Virus record (IMG/VR): IMGVR_UViG_3300047447_000093
Strand: one strand, 5' to 3'
DNA length: 64,000 bases
Source of the DNA: a virus
Lineage: Duplodnaviria; Heunggongvirae; Uroviricota; Caudoviricetes
The notes under the pieces are model-generated. The model saw nothing but the letters and a program-made list of their open reading frames with translations, ran no database searches and was not told the origin of the DNA. This document shows positions 1 to 8,180 of this stretch, one piece after another. The position numbers and the translations under genes were made by a program. Position 1 is the first letter of the stretch; every line of letters begins with the position of its first letter.

Positions 1-164
1 CGCGTATTATTAAGCGCACTCTTGGAATTAAAGTAGCGTCACGTTATTTGTATTTGCGTGGCTGGAGTATTGATAGTGCTTTGTATGTCCTATTCGGCAC
101 TGTACAGCGTTTCGAGCATTTGGCTTTTAACTAATCCATTTCAATCAATTTAAAGGGGAATATC

Positions 165-1145
165 ATGGCACATCAAATTACTATCCGCGAAAACAACTTT
201 GCTGAAATGGCCTATGTCGGTGATGTAGCATGGCATGGCTTGGGGCAACGTCTGGAAGAAAACGCCACTATCGAGCAATGGCAAGTGGCGGCGGGCATGG
301 ATTGGAAAATCAATCAATCCCCTGTTCAGTTCACCACAGACGACATGATGCACATTGGCCTGATGGATGATAAGCGCGTGCTGTATCGTTCGGATACTAA
401 GGCAGCTTTGGGCATTGTGTCGAATCGCTATCAAGTGGTACAGCCTCACGATGTATTGGAGTTCTTCCGCGATCTTGTAGCAGGGAACGACTTCAAGCTG
501 CATACAGCAGGAACCCTGTTCGGTGGCGCTCGCATGTGGGCATTGGCAAGCATCGGGGAATCAGCTAACATTGTCGGCCGTGACGAAGTGGGCGGATATC
601 TGCTGCTGTCTACATCGGCTGATGGCACTCTGGCAACAGAAGCACGTTTCACCACTGTGCGAGTGGTTTGCAATAACACTCTGTCAATGGCTCTGAAAGC
701 CAAAGATAACAACATTGTTCGCCTGTCCCATAAAACGAAATTCGACGGACAAGGCATGAAAGATAAACTTGGAATTGCTACGGGGCAATTCGCTCAATTC
801 ATCGGTGCAGCAAAGGCATTGAGCAATGTAACGATGCAAGATAATAAGGCTAAAGAATTCTTGCAATCGCTGCTGTTCAAACCTGAAATTATCGAAATTG
901 AGGATCAATCAACACAAGTGAAAAACAAAATCGCGGATATCCTGTCGCTTTATCAAGGCCGGGGAATGGGCAGCGATATGCCCGGTGTACGCGGCACGGC
1001 ATGGGGTTTGGTGAATGCTGTAACGGAATGGGAAGATCATCACAATAAGGCCCGTACAGCAGATGCAAAGCTTGATAGTGCATTCTTTGGTAAAGGTGAT
1101 GAGATTAAGAGTGCGGCAATGTTTAAAGCGCTGGAATTGGTGTAA
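165..1145 (+). CDS. DUF932-like phage/plasmid protein (TIGR03299-like)
   Basis: 326-aa ORF, RBS AAAGGGG 8 nt before ATG. N-terminus MAHQITIR...AWHGLGQ matches the conserved start of DUF932 proteins as I recall them. Not searched. Confidence 0.45.
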   Translation: MAHQITIRENNFAEMAYVGDVAWHGLGQRLEENATIEQWQVAAGMDWKINQSPVQFTTDDMMHIGLMDDKRVLYRSDTKAALGIVSNRYQVVQPHDVLEFFRDLVAGNDFKLHTAGTLFGGARMWALASIGESANIVGRDEVGGYLLLSTSADGTLATEARFTTVRVVCNNTLSMALKAKDNNIVRLSHKTKFDGQGMKDKLGIATGQFAQFIGAAKALSNVTMQDNKAKEFLQSLLFKPEIIEIEDQSTQVKNKIADILSLYQGRGMGSDMPGVRGTAWGLVNAVTEWEDHHNKARTADAKLDSAFFGKGDEIKSAAMFKALELV

Positions 1146-1155
1146 GGGGGCAATC

Positions 1156-1341
1156 GTGATTACATTAACTCACTACGGCATGACATTGGAAGAAGCGGCG
1201 TATAAGATGGGCAAGCATGTTTCCTGCCTTGATAAGAAAGCTCCTCGCCCTTTGTGTGGTAATGTTTCATATCATACAATGACTACTCGCAATATTAAAG
1301 AGGTTAATTGCCCTATCTGCCTTGAGAAATTGCGAAAATAA
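1156..1341 (+). CDS. small Cys-rich zinc-ribbon-like protein
   Basis: In frame with track ORF 1063..1341. GTG 1156 follows AAGGGGG; alternative ATG at 1180. Two Cys pairs (CLDKK..C, CPIC). Confidence 0.4.
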   Translation: MITLTHYGMTLEEAAYKMGKHVSCLDKKAPRPLCGNVSYHTMTTRNIKEVNCPICLEKLRK

Positions 1342-1402
1342 AGCATTAGCCAATAGGGGCAATAAACCGCCCCTATTAACGAATGTTTTAAAAGGAGGCA
1401 AT

Positions 1403-1711
1403 ATGCAATTGATTAATAAGCATGGCTTGCCTGTAGGTATTAGTTTCCGCAGGCATAAGCAAAACCCGCATAGCTATGTTTTCCGTGTTGCCCTTGCCTG
1501 TGGCAAGACAACAGACATAGGAGCCGATGCAAACCATTTTGAGGATTGCTATCGCAAGGCTGTAGACAGGCGCATAGATGCCCTTGACACTGATACACCA
1601 GACGGGGACAGAAAAGCGCTTTACGGGGCTGTAGACGCGTTTAAGCGGTATTACGAGATTGAGCTAGAGTGCGTCGAATGCTGGAAATTTAAGGAAAGGA
1701 ATAAATCATGA
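1403..1711 (+). CDS. hypothetical early protein
   Basis: ATG 1403 preceded by AAAGGAGG. Track ORF 1322..1711 trimmed to this start. Confidence 0.5.
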   Translation: MQLINKHGLPVGISFRRHKQNPHSYVFRVALACGKTTDIGADANHFEDCYRKAVDRRIDALDTDTPDGDRKALYGAVDAFKRYYEIELECVECWKFKERNKS

Positions 1712-2010
1712 ATATCACTGTAAGAACTAACAATGTCCCTCGTGACATTATCGACGCGTATCAATTGACACCACAAGAACGGAAAGAGTTTGACTACCTT
1801 AATTGGGATGCAATCGAACAGGGAAACGATAGTGCATCGTTCTTTCGGTATAAAGGACAGATTTACCACTTAAGCGAATTTATGCGTTTAGACAGCAATA
1901 CTGAGCTTAAAGGATGGGACGGGTATTTTAACGATACATGCTTTTCTGGCGTATTGGTCAAGTATGTAAACGATGGGGATCAAGTGGTTGTAGCTCAATA
2001 CTTCAGTTAA
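1708..2010 (+). CDS. hypothetical early protein
   Basis: 100-aa ORF, start overlaps previous stop (ATGA), RBS AAGGAAAGGAA. Confidence 0.5.
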   Translation: MNITVRTNNVPRDIIDAYQLTPQERKEFDYLNWDAIEQGNDSASFFRYKGQIYHLSEFMRLDSNTELKGWDGYFNDTCFSGVLVKYVNDGDQVVVAQYFS

Positions 2011-2019
2011 GGAATAATC

Positions 2020-2388
2020 ATGAAAAAAGAATTGATTCAGAATATTGCAAAGCAATTAAAATCCTACGGATACACCGTCTACATTGCCAAGAGTGGGGAA
2101 TATGGCTTTTATACAGACGGCGAAAAGGTTGTAAGCTTTGGCGGTAGCTGGTGTTTTAGTGTTGATTTTTCTGGCAATTATAAATCTGAAAGAATGACTA
2201 GCACAGGTACAGGTTGGCAGATTGCTAAAGAGATGGGCATCATCACTGAAGAACAGGCAGAACAGTTTATTAAAGCCTGTGCTCCTCATTGGGCAACTAA
2301 TGGGATTCCTGTTAAATACACTACGCCAGAACAGTATTTGAAAACGTATGGTAGCAGTAGCGGTTATGTAGAGTTTACAGGCGAATAA
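2020..2388 (+). CDS. hypothetical early protein
   Basis: 122-aa ORF with RBS AAGGAATAATCATG. Confidence 0.5.
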   Translation: MKKELIQNIAKQLKSYGYTVYIAKSGEYGFYTDGEKVVSFGGSWCFSVDFSGNYKSERMTSTGTGWQIAKEMGIITEEQAEQFIKACAPHWATNGIPVKYTTPEQYLKTYGSSSGYVEFTGE

Positions 2389-2450
2389 AACATTAGCCTA
2401 TGCCTCTTTAAGCGGGGGCATTAACGAATGTTTTAATTTAAAGGAGGGAA

Positions 2451-2621
2451 CATGTTTACTCACAGATATAACGGCATGTACATAAATGGTTATTGTCATA
2501 AGCCAGAATGCCACGTAACAGACGATACAGGTTATTTCATAGGTAAGATTTTCAAGTCTTATCGTTCGGCACAGATTGCCATCACTAACGCACGCAATGC
2601 GGGTATTCCTGCTAGTCGTTA
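2451..2621 (+). CDS. small hypothetical protein (56 aa, not in ORF track)
   Basis: ATG 2451 preceded by AAAGGAGGG. Reads MFTHRYNGMYINGYCHKPECH...; fills a gap in the + strand operon. Confidence 0.4.
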
Positions 2622-2633
2622 AAGGAGAATAAA

Positions 2634-2816
2634 ATGAAATGCTCAATTTGTGGCAAGCCTGTCATTCTCATTCCTTCAGCAGAAGAAAGGGCCAAGAAAT
2701 ACGGCGGCAAGCCTTCGGATTATACGAAACTGTTTACAGCGCATTCCGAATGCCAGATTGCAAAGCGGAATGCTGAAACGTCCGAATTGATCAAACGGAT
2801 TAATGAGGGGAAATGA
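2634..2816 (+). CDS. small CxxC protein
   Basis: 60-aa ORF, RBS AAAGGAGAATAAAATG, N-terminal CSICGKP motif. Confidence 0.45.
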   Translation: MKCSICGKPVILIPSAEERAKKYGGKPSDYTKLFTAHSECQIAKRNAETSELIKRINEGK

Positions 2817-2818
2817 AA

Positions 2819-3058
2819 ATGACTAATAAATACCGTGTTGACCGTAACGACAGTTACGATAATGTGCCTTGCGGTATGAATAGCATTCTCTACATCGGGG
2901 ATAGCTTGCCACAGGCTGTAAAAGCCTATAACGCTGTCAATCCGGGCATTGATGCATGGAATGTTCCTAACCCGGCCTATGGCGTTACGCTGTCTAAATG
3001 GAATGACGTAAAGAACGATTACAGCGTTATTATGAAGAAAGGATTTAATCATGAATAA
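2819..3058 (+). CDS. hypothetical protein
   Basis: Second ATG chosen for RBS spacing (GAGGGG 8 nt upstream). Same frame as track ORF 2813..3058. Confidence 0.45.
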   Translation: MTNKYRVDRNDSYDNVPCGMNSILYIGDSLPQAVKAYNAVNPGIDAWNVPNPAYGVTLSKWNDVKNDYSVIMKKGFNHE

Positions 3059-3359
3059 TAAATCTCTCCCTGCTGTCGTCCTATTGGTAGACGGCAATCA
3101 AGGTATCTATGTCCCGCAACGCTTTGCCATTAATTACGATATGGCACAATGGAACGTCAAGAGTGACGTTAAAGAAGTCCTTAACGCTGGCCCGGATCAC
3201 GAGGAATATTGGGAAGAATGGGAAGATGTTTTAAATAACGCCAGCTACACCAAAGACGGGAATAAATGGACGTTATATCAAGACGGGGATTTATGGGCAT
3301 ATTGCTATGAACTAATGACGCCTGAAGAAAGGCGCAATTTCGGAATGGATGAGGAATAA
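3051..3359 (+). CDS. hypothetical protein
   Basis: 102-aa ORF, RBS AAAGGA 7 nt upstream. Confidence 0.45.
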   Translation: MNNKSLPAVVLLVDGNQGIYVPQRFAINYDMAQWNVKSDVKEVLNAGPDHEEYWEEWEDVLNNASYTKDGNKWTLYQDGDLWAYCYELMTPEERRNFGMDEE

Positions 3360-3363
3360 CAAC

Positions 3364-3663
3364 ATGCGCACCGTAACCACAAAGTATTATGTCCTGAAGG
3401 ATTACAGAAACCCTGTAAAGATCAATCGTGCATCCGATGTAGACAGGGCTGTAGCCAATGCCTATCTACATATGCAGGCAGGCGACTACGGCAGCGTAGA
3501 ACAGCGTTTAGCCGCATCCATGGCTGAAGTGTATGACGAGGAGAGCGGATTGCTCTATGCGATAGTTAAAAGGGACGTGAAAGGGGATGTCAGGATTAGT
3601 TTTAAAGACGACACGACTAAGCCTGCGAGAATGGCAATTGGGGCATTTGCTGAATTTCTTTAA
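3364..3663 (+). CDS. hypothetical protein
   Basis: ATG 3364 with GAGGAA RBS. Track ORF 3349..3663 trimmed. Confidence 0.45.
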   Translation: MRTVTTKYYVLKDYRNPVKINRASDVDRAVANAYLHMQAGDYGSVEQRLAASMAEVYDEESGLLYAIVKRDVKGDVRISFKDDTTKPARMAIGAFAEFL

Positions 3664-3691
3664 ATGTTATTATTAAAAGGGGGATTTATTA

Positions 3692-3796
3692 TGAATACTA
3701 AAAAGTTTATGGTGTATATGGCGTATAAAGCATGGTGCATGCGGATAGGCTTTATCCCGGTAACATATGCCGAGTTCTGGCTAAAAGATGCATGAT
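3692..3796 (+). CDS. possible 34-aa peptide
   Basis: ATG after AAAGGGGGA RBS, immediately followed by a terminator. Not in track (<60 aa). Confidence 0.25.
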
Positions 3797-3804
3797 TCAC
3801 TATC

Positions 3805-3843
3805 AGGGGCATATCTCTTAACGGGGAATGCCCCTTTTCTTTT
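3805..3843 (+). terminator. rho-independent terminator ending the early + operon
   Basis: AGGGGCAT stem, 15-nt loop, ATGCCCCT, then TTTTCTTTT. Confidence 0.65.
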
Positions 3844-4550
3844 GTGCAATACTGTTCACACTAACCTATCTAGTACGCTTATATAGTGTATCTACTACAT
3901 TTAGGCAACATTTCTCTATAACAACTAGATGTAGTGTGTATCGGGAAAGACCTATATATTAAACACTTGCACCTCCTTCTTGCTAGAGGCACCGGATATA
4001 AGTAACCGTCTAAACGACTCTTTAACAGTTACAGCCAAATGTTACTTCTATGCAACACTATTACAAATAATCAACACATAGTGTCCCCAAAGCAACATTC
4101 CCAGCAGCTACAGGTGCTTATATCTATAGAAGTCTTTAGGATCAATGGGTTACGGTGTACCTGCCCATGTTCATACATAACCACTTGGAACCACAAGGGT
4201 TTATATGACAAGGTAACATGTTGATTTATAGGCGTTTTATGGGAGATTGATAGGGATGTACTAGGTCGCTAATGATCGTTGAATACAGCGCAATCTGATG
4301 CGTTTCGGAAGGGGTTTAGACAGCTTGGAAGGGTGATAGTATACCCATTAGGATATTTCTAGATTATACAGGAATGAATTGTACATAAATGTAATGCCTG
4401 TTAAACCCCTCCCGTAACTTTCACAAGAAAATTACCAAATACCTGTACAAATGTTGCACACTTACAACATATATTTATTTTATAAGTAATACTTCATCCC
4501 CACAAAACGAGTAGATTCCTGAAAAAATTTTATAAAAAATTAGCACAAAT

Positions 4551-4583
4551 TGAAAAAGCCCTCCGAGCTTTCGCAAAGAGGGC
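4551..4583 (-). terminator. rho-independent terminator for the minus-strand accessory block
   Basis: GCCCTC...GAGGGC hairpin followed on the minus strand by TTTTTCA. Confidence 0.6.
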
Positions 4584-4606
4584 CGAGCAGAATAATTCCA
4601 AGTGAA

Positions 4607-5284
4607 TTACCAGCGATCTACGATATTTTTGACAGTTGATGGATACCACTTCCCGCCACGTTGAGTTTTAAAATTGTGTAAATTAAGTTCTTCACATATC
4701 GCTGCAAAAGACATTCCAGCATTCCTCATTCGCTCAATTTGAGGTTTCATATGAGAGGCAAACCTGTCAGCTTCATCTTTCACAGAGCTTGCACCAAGAA
4801 TACGAATTTCTTGAGCTTTACCCGCAAGCTGTGGTAGATTAAAACCCATAGGCTCCCCTTTGTCTCGCTTCACAGACGCCGCCCGTTTTGTACGTTCTGC
4901 GATCTTACGTTTCTCTTCTTCAGCAATAACTGCCCTAAGCTGCAACTCAAAGACAGGTACATTCATTCCGCACTCTGCAACAATGATGTTAGCCCCTACA
5001 TCTGTAAGAGAAGCAATAAAGGATGTTTTCCTTGACAGACGATCTAGTTTAGATGTAATTAATGCACAACCTTTAATAGACTTAGTATCCTCTAAGGCTT
5101 TAGAGAGGACAGGACGTACAGGGCTTCCCCCTGATGCCACTTCTTGACGAATTTCTACAACTTCTAGATTGTTGTATTCGCAGAAACGTCGTATATCTTC
5201 CTCTTGAGCTTTCAAGGATAAACCAGACTTATGCTGCTTCAGGCTGGAAACCCTCACTATCCCGATAACTTTTGTAATGTTCAT
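4607..5284 (-). CDS. small serine recombinase (resolvase/invertase family)
   Basis: N-terminal IGIVRVSSLKQ (catalytic Ser context), SLKAQ, LDRLSR motifs, and a C-terminal HTH (GMSFAAICEELN). RBS GGAGA. Confidence 0.75.
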   Translation of the reverse strand: MNITKVIGIVRVSSLKQHKSGLSLKAQEEDIRRFCEYNNLEVVEIRQEVASGGSPVRPVLSKALEDTKSIKGCALITSKLDRLSRKTSFIASLTDVGANIIVAECGMNVPVFELQLRAVIAEEEKRKIAERTKRAASVKRDKGEPMGFNLPQLAGKAQEIRILGASSVKDEADRFASHMKPQIERMRNAGMSFAAICEELNLHNFKTQRGGKWYPSTVKNIVDRW

Positions 5285-5711
5285 GTTTATCTCCGAATAC
5301 CTCTTTCATAGGATTGTCTTCTAATTCATAGGCCATGTCAAGCTCTTTCAGTAAGTCTTTTGTTAGTTTGTGTCTATTCAATATCACACTCTCTGTGTCT
5401 TTCATTGATAGACTGAAGGGTGTGCAAGTCCAAAAATCATCAGCAACATCCTCCAAACTAATAGACTCTTCTTCGTCTTTAAAGAATGCCCACCACAGCG
5501 AATATAGGTAAAATGGACGTTTTCTAGCAAGTCCTTGTTTTGTGAGAATGTTATGATTATCCCTCCTATTACCAAGGCCGTCATGTACTCTGCTATGACA
5601 TTCTACACAGAGAGGAACCATGAAAGTTCCTCCTACAGATTTGGGTATCACATGATGCATCTCTTTTGCATAGTTGCCACATTCGACACAAGTATTCTTG
5701 TTAATATACAA
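5229..5711 (-). CDS. HNH endonuclease
   Basis: CVECGNYAKEMHHVIPKSVGG...CVECHSRVH, a classic HNH zinc-finger motif. 3' end overlaps the recombinase start by 56 nt in a different frame. Confidence 0.65.
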   Translation of the reverse strand: MYINKNTCVECGNYAKEMHHVIPKSVGGTFMVPLCVECHSRVHDGLGNRRDNHNILTKQGLARKRPFYLYSLWWAFFKDEEESISLEDVADDFWTCTPFSLSMKDTESVILNRHKLTKDLLKELDMAYELEDNPMKEVFGDKHEHYKSYRDSEGFQPEAA

Positions 5712-5775
5712 TTAATCACTCCAATAGAAAAAAGGAAGCTCAAAGGCTTCCTTATATAAATTATACTGTATAAAA

Positions 5776-5997
5776 TTACAGTGCTCTAATATCTTTTAGA
5801 GCTTTTTGTAAGATTTCCACAGCTTGTTGTTTTACTTCATTCTTTACAGGGTCATTTTGGTTTACACCTTGTTCTACATTCACAAGGTTCTTCTTACACC
5901 AAGCAACAGAGCACCCCATCTCTAGGGAGATTTCTCGGTATGTCTTCCCATGCTTACGAAGCTCAGTAGCTTTCTCTACATCAAAAATAGGTTTCAT
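5776..5997 (-). CDS. small HTH DNA-binding protein (resolvase-type HTH)
   Basis: ATELRKHGKTYREISLEMGCS resembles an HTH_7/resolvase C-terminal domain. ATG 5997 preferred over track TTG 6009. Confidence 0.45.
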   Translation of the reverse strand: MKPIFDVEKATELRKHGKTYREISLEMGCSVAWCKKNLVNVEQGVNQNDPVKNEVKQQAVEILQKALKDIRAL

Positions 5998-6050
5998 ATT
6001 TCCTTTCAATATCTATATTGAGTATATAATATCACAGGAAGGCTACTCTG

Positions 6051-6263
6051 TCAAATTAGAGTAACAGTAAAAGGGGCATGTTGGAACAGCAGCCAGAACA
6101 ACCACAAATCTAGCAGCAATCCGGTAATAGGAACCAAATACCAATATGTCTTTGTACCTCCCATTGCAATACTAAATCCTACAGAGAAGATTCCAAAACA
6201 TGCCACTGCTAGGAAATACAGAAGCACAACACACAATAAGATAAATCCAATGATTGCCATCAC
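6051..6263 (-). CDS. small membrane protein
   Basis: 70 aa, two predicted hydrophobic helices. Confidence 0.4.
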   Translation of the reverse strand: MMAIIGFILLCVVLLYFLAVACFGIFSVGFSIAMGGTKTYWYLVPITGLLLDLWLFWLLFQHAPFTVTLI

Positions 6264-6460
6264 ACCCTCTCTTCAACATTATAGAAATAGAAAGAGTCGT
6301 TGTTTTTGTTCTTCCTTGTAACAACGCCAAATTTTCCTTCGTAGAGTAGCACAGCACCTTTCTCGCTTGCTTTGTGGTGAGGGATTGCGTTCATGAAAGC
6401 TGCAAGCAACAATTCTTCATCAACTACATCAGATTTATTTACAATAATAATTTTCTTCAT
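6260..6460 (-). CDS. hypothetical protein
   Basis: 66-aa ORF translationally coupled to its neighbours. Confidence 0.4.
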   Translation of the reverse strand: MKKIIIVNKSDVVDEELLLAAFMNAIPHHKASEKGAVLLYEGKFGVVTRKNKNNDSFYFYNVEERV

Positions 6461-6978
6461 TTAATCACTCCTCCAAGTTCATCAAACCTCTTCAAAAACT
6501 GTTCGTAAGCTTTCTTATGTCCCCATGGAACCACCTTAAAAGGTGCTCTTTCAAAGTTGTAGCCTCGCACAGAACAATTAGGCTGTAAGTCAATTCGCTC
6601 GCTCACAAACATACGCATGTCAGCTTTCTTGATTTCTGGATGCATGGGAAACTGCAAGCCATATTTTTTGAAAATAGAAGCTTCTACACTCTGTTCCAGT
6701 TTCTTGTAGTCTGCAAGCAGTTGCTTGAGAGGAGAGGAAACATCTCCAAGGAAGGCTTCTCCAGCATCGTGCATAAGAGCTTCCATAGCATATTCCTCTG
6801 GAACAAGCAGAGAGACATATACACAATGTTGTGCAATGCTGTAAGGCTTCTCAAGAGAACCTGTAAATCTACTGAGATTAGAGAGGTTCAGTGCAATATC
6901 CTTTACAGTGTAGTTGCTGCCGTCCGGCTCTGTAAAGCAGAAGTTGCCCCCGCTGTAGAGAGAGATTTCAGGTTTCAT
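6457..6978 (-). CDS. HD-domain phosphohydrolase (YfbR-like 5'-deoxynucleotidase candidate)
   Basis: AQHCVYVS ... LMHDAGEAFLGDV gives the H...HD...D metal-binding pattern. Confidence 0.5.
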   Translation of the reverse strand: MKPEISLYSGGNFCFTEPDGSNYTVKDIALNLSNLSRFTGSLEKPYSIAQHCVYVSLLVPEEYAMEALMHDAGEAFLGDVSSPLKQLLADYKKLEQSVEASIFKKYGLQFPMHPEIKKADMRMFVSERIDLQPNCSVRGYNFERAPFKVVPWGHKKAYEQFLKRFDELGGVIK

Positions 6979-7294
6979 CTTTTTCCTTTGCTTCTACAAT
7001 CGCTTTATGTACTTCGTGCTTCTTCCAAGCACCAAGTAAATTGCTTTGCAAATTAGCCAGTTCTTCGATCAGAATGTTGATTTTGTTCATACTATCTTCG
7101 TATGCTTGTTGATCATGAGCACAGAAGTCAAGACACACTTTTCGATTACAATCAGTGATACTGAAGTGTGCAGTCACACAACCAATATAATCTTCCCAAT
7201 CCTCAAATTCTACGTTTGCTTCAAATGCAGCCATTCCCTCCCCTTTGTTCAGGAAGCCACGTTTGTAATACTTTACAGAATTCTCATTGCTCAT
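6968..7294 (-). CDS. hypothetical protein
   Basis: 108-aa ORF in the operon. Confidence 0.4.
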   Translation of the reverse strand: MSNENSVKYYKRGFLNKGEGMAAFEANVEFEDWEDYIGCVTAHFSITDCNRKVCLDFCAHDQQAYEDSMNKINILIEELANLQSNLLGAWKKHEVHKAIVEAKEKDET

Positions 7295-7838
7295 TTTGTT
7301 CCTTCATTCGTTTCTTAGCTTCTTCCAAGCTAATAGGTGTAAAATTTGTTTGTTCCACAGAGACACAGAGGTAACTTGGGTTTTTGATAATACATTTAGC
7401 ATACTCTCCGGGGTCTTGCATCAACACACTATGAGCGTGCAAATGCCCATGGAAATTCCCCTTCCAACGCTCTAGGCTTTGTGGATGAATAGGAATGTGT
7501 GTCAGTACATAGCCTGCCAGTTCACCACTACCCCGTACATCCTTGAAATACGGAGTGTACTCTTCCAGCCGGAATACGTCATGATTACCTTTAATCAGAA
7601 TCTTTGTACCATTCAGGCGTGCCAGAGTAGGCAGAGCACGACGATTGATTACAACATCTCCTAGATGATACACCTTGTCCTGTGGACGTACAACTTTGTT
7701 CCAATTCTCAATAAGGGCTTCATCCATTTCTTCGATAGTGTCCCAAGGGCGAAGTTTATCAACACCATTAGGAGCAAGAAACTTTGTCACTCCTACATGA
7801 CCAAAATGGGAGTCGCTTGTCAAAAAGATATTACTCAC
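7284..7838 (-). CDS. metallophosphoesterase (calcineurin-like)
   Basis: SDSHFGH, GDVV, GNHD, GHLHAH motifs. GTG start at 7838 with GGAGAA RBS overlaps the upstream stop; track ORF 7284..8012 trimmed. Confidence 0.6.
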   Translation of the reverse strand: MSNIFLTSDSHFGHVGVTKFLAPNGVDKLRPWDTIEEMDEALIENWNKVVRPQDKVYHLGDVVINRRALPTLARLNGTKILIKGNHDVFRLEEYTPYFKDVRGSGELAGYVLTHIPIHPQSLERWKGNFHGHLHAHSVLMQDPGEYAKCIIKNPSYLCVSVEQTNFTPISLEEAKKRMKEQNEQ

Positions 7839-8079
7839 GTTTATATTTCTCCATAATCTTGTTCCATTTGTCTTTGGTTTCTTGTAATTGCTCCCATGTC
7901 GTTCCCCAAGGTGCCCACAGATAAGAGTGATCCATGCTACCACCACAACTCTTACACTTTGCTTCGTATAAGTGGAAGCCCTTTCCTCCATCTGTCCTGT
8001 TGTGGAATCCACAATGCCTACAAGGGTCTGTCTTAGCTCTTTCTTCGTTTGCTATTTGTAGAGGGTGTTTCTTTGTCAT
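7831..8079 (-). CDS. zinc-ribbon protein
   Basis: CRHCGFH...CKSCGG, four Cys in two pairs. Confidence 0.45.
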   Translation of the reverse strand: MTKKHPLQIANEERAKTDPCRHCGFHNRTDGGKGFHLYEAKCKSCGGSMDHSYLWAPWGTTWEQLQETKDKWNKIMEKYKRE

Positions 8080-8109
8080 TACTACTTCTCCTGTTTATTG
8101 CTTGAACAC

Positions 8110-8138
8110 ATAGTAGCACAACATCCTACAAAGTGCAA
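8110..8138 (-). promoter_or_regulatory. sigma70-like promoter (TTGCAC-17-TACTAT on minus strand)
   Basis: Read on the reverse complement, directly downstream of a terminator and upstream of the 8079 gene start. Confidence 0.45.
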
Positions 8139-8143
8139 GCACA

Positions 8144-8176
8144 AATAAAAAGCCCCACACATCTCTGTGCAGGGCT
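8144..8176 (-). terminator. rho-independent terminator after ClpP-like gene
   Basis: AGCCCC...AGGGCT hairpin, then T-run on the minus strand. Confidence 0.5.
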
Positions 8177-8180
8177 GTTG

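Noticed and set aside
150-503. 117-aa minus-strand ORF
   Set aside because: Antisense to the DUF932-like gene, with no RBS; a shadow ORF.
4039-4224. 61-aa + strand ORF in the gene-free region
   Set aside because: No RBS, low-complexity composition. It lies between convergent terminators.
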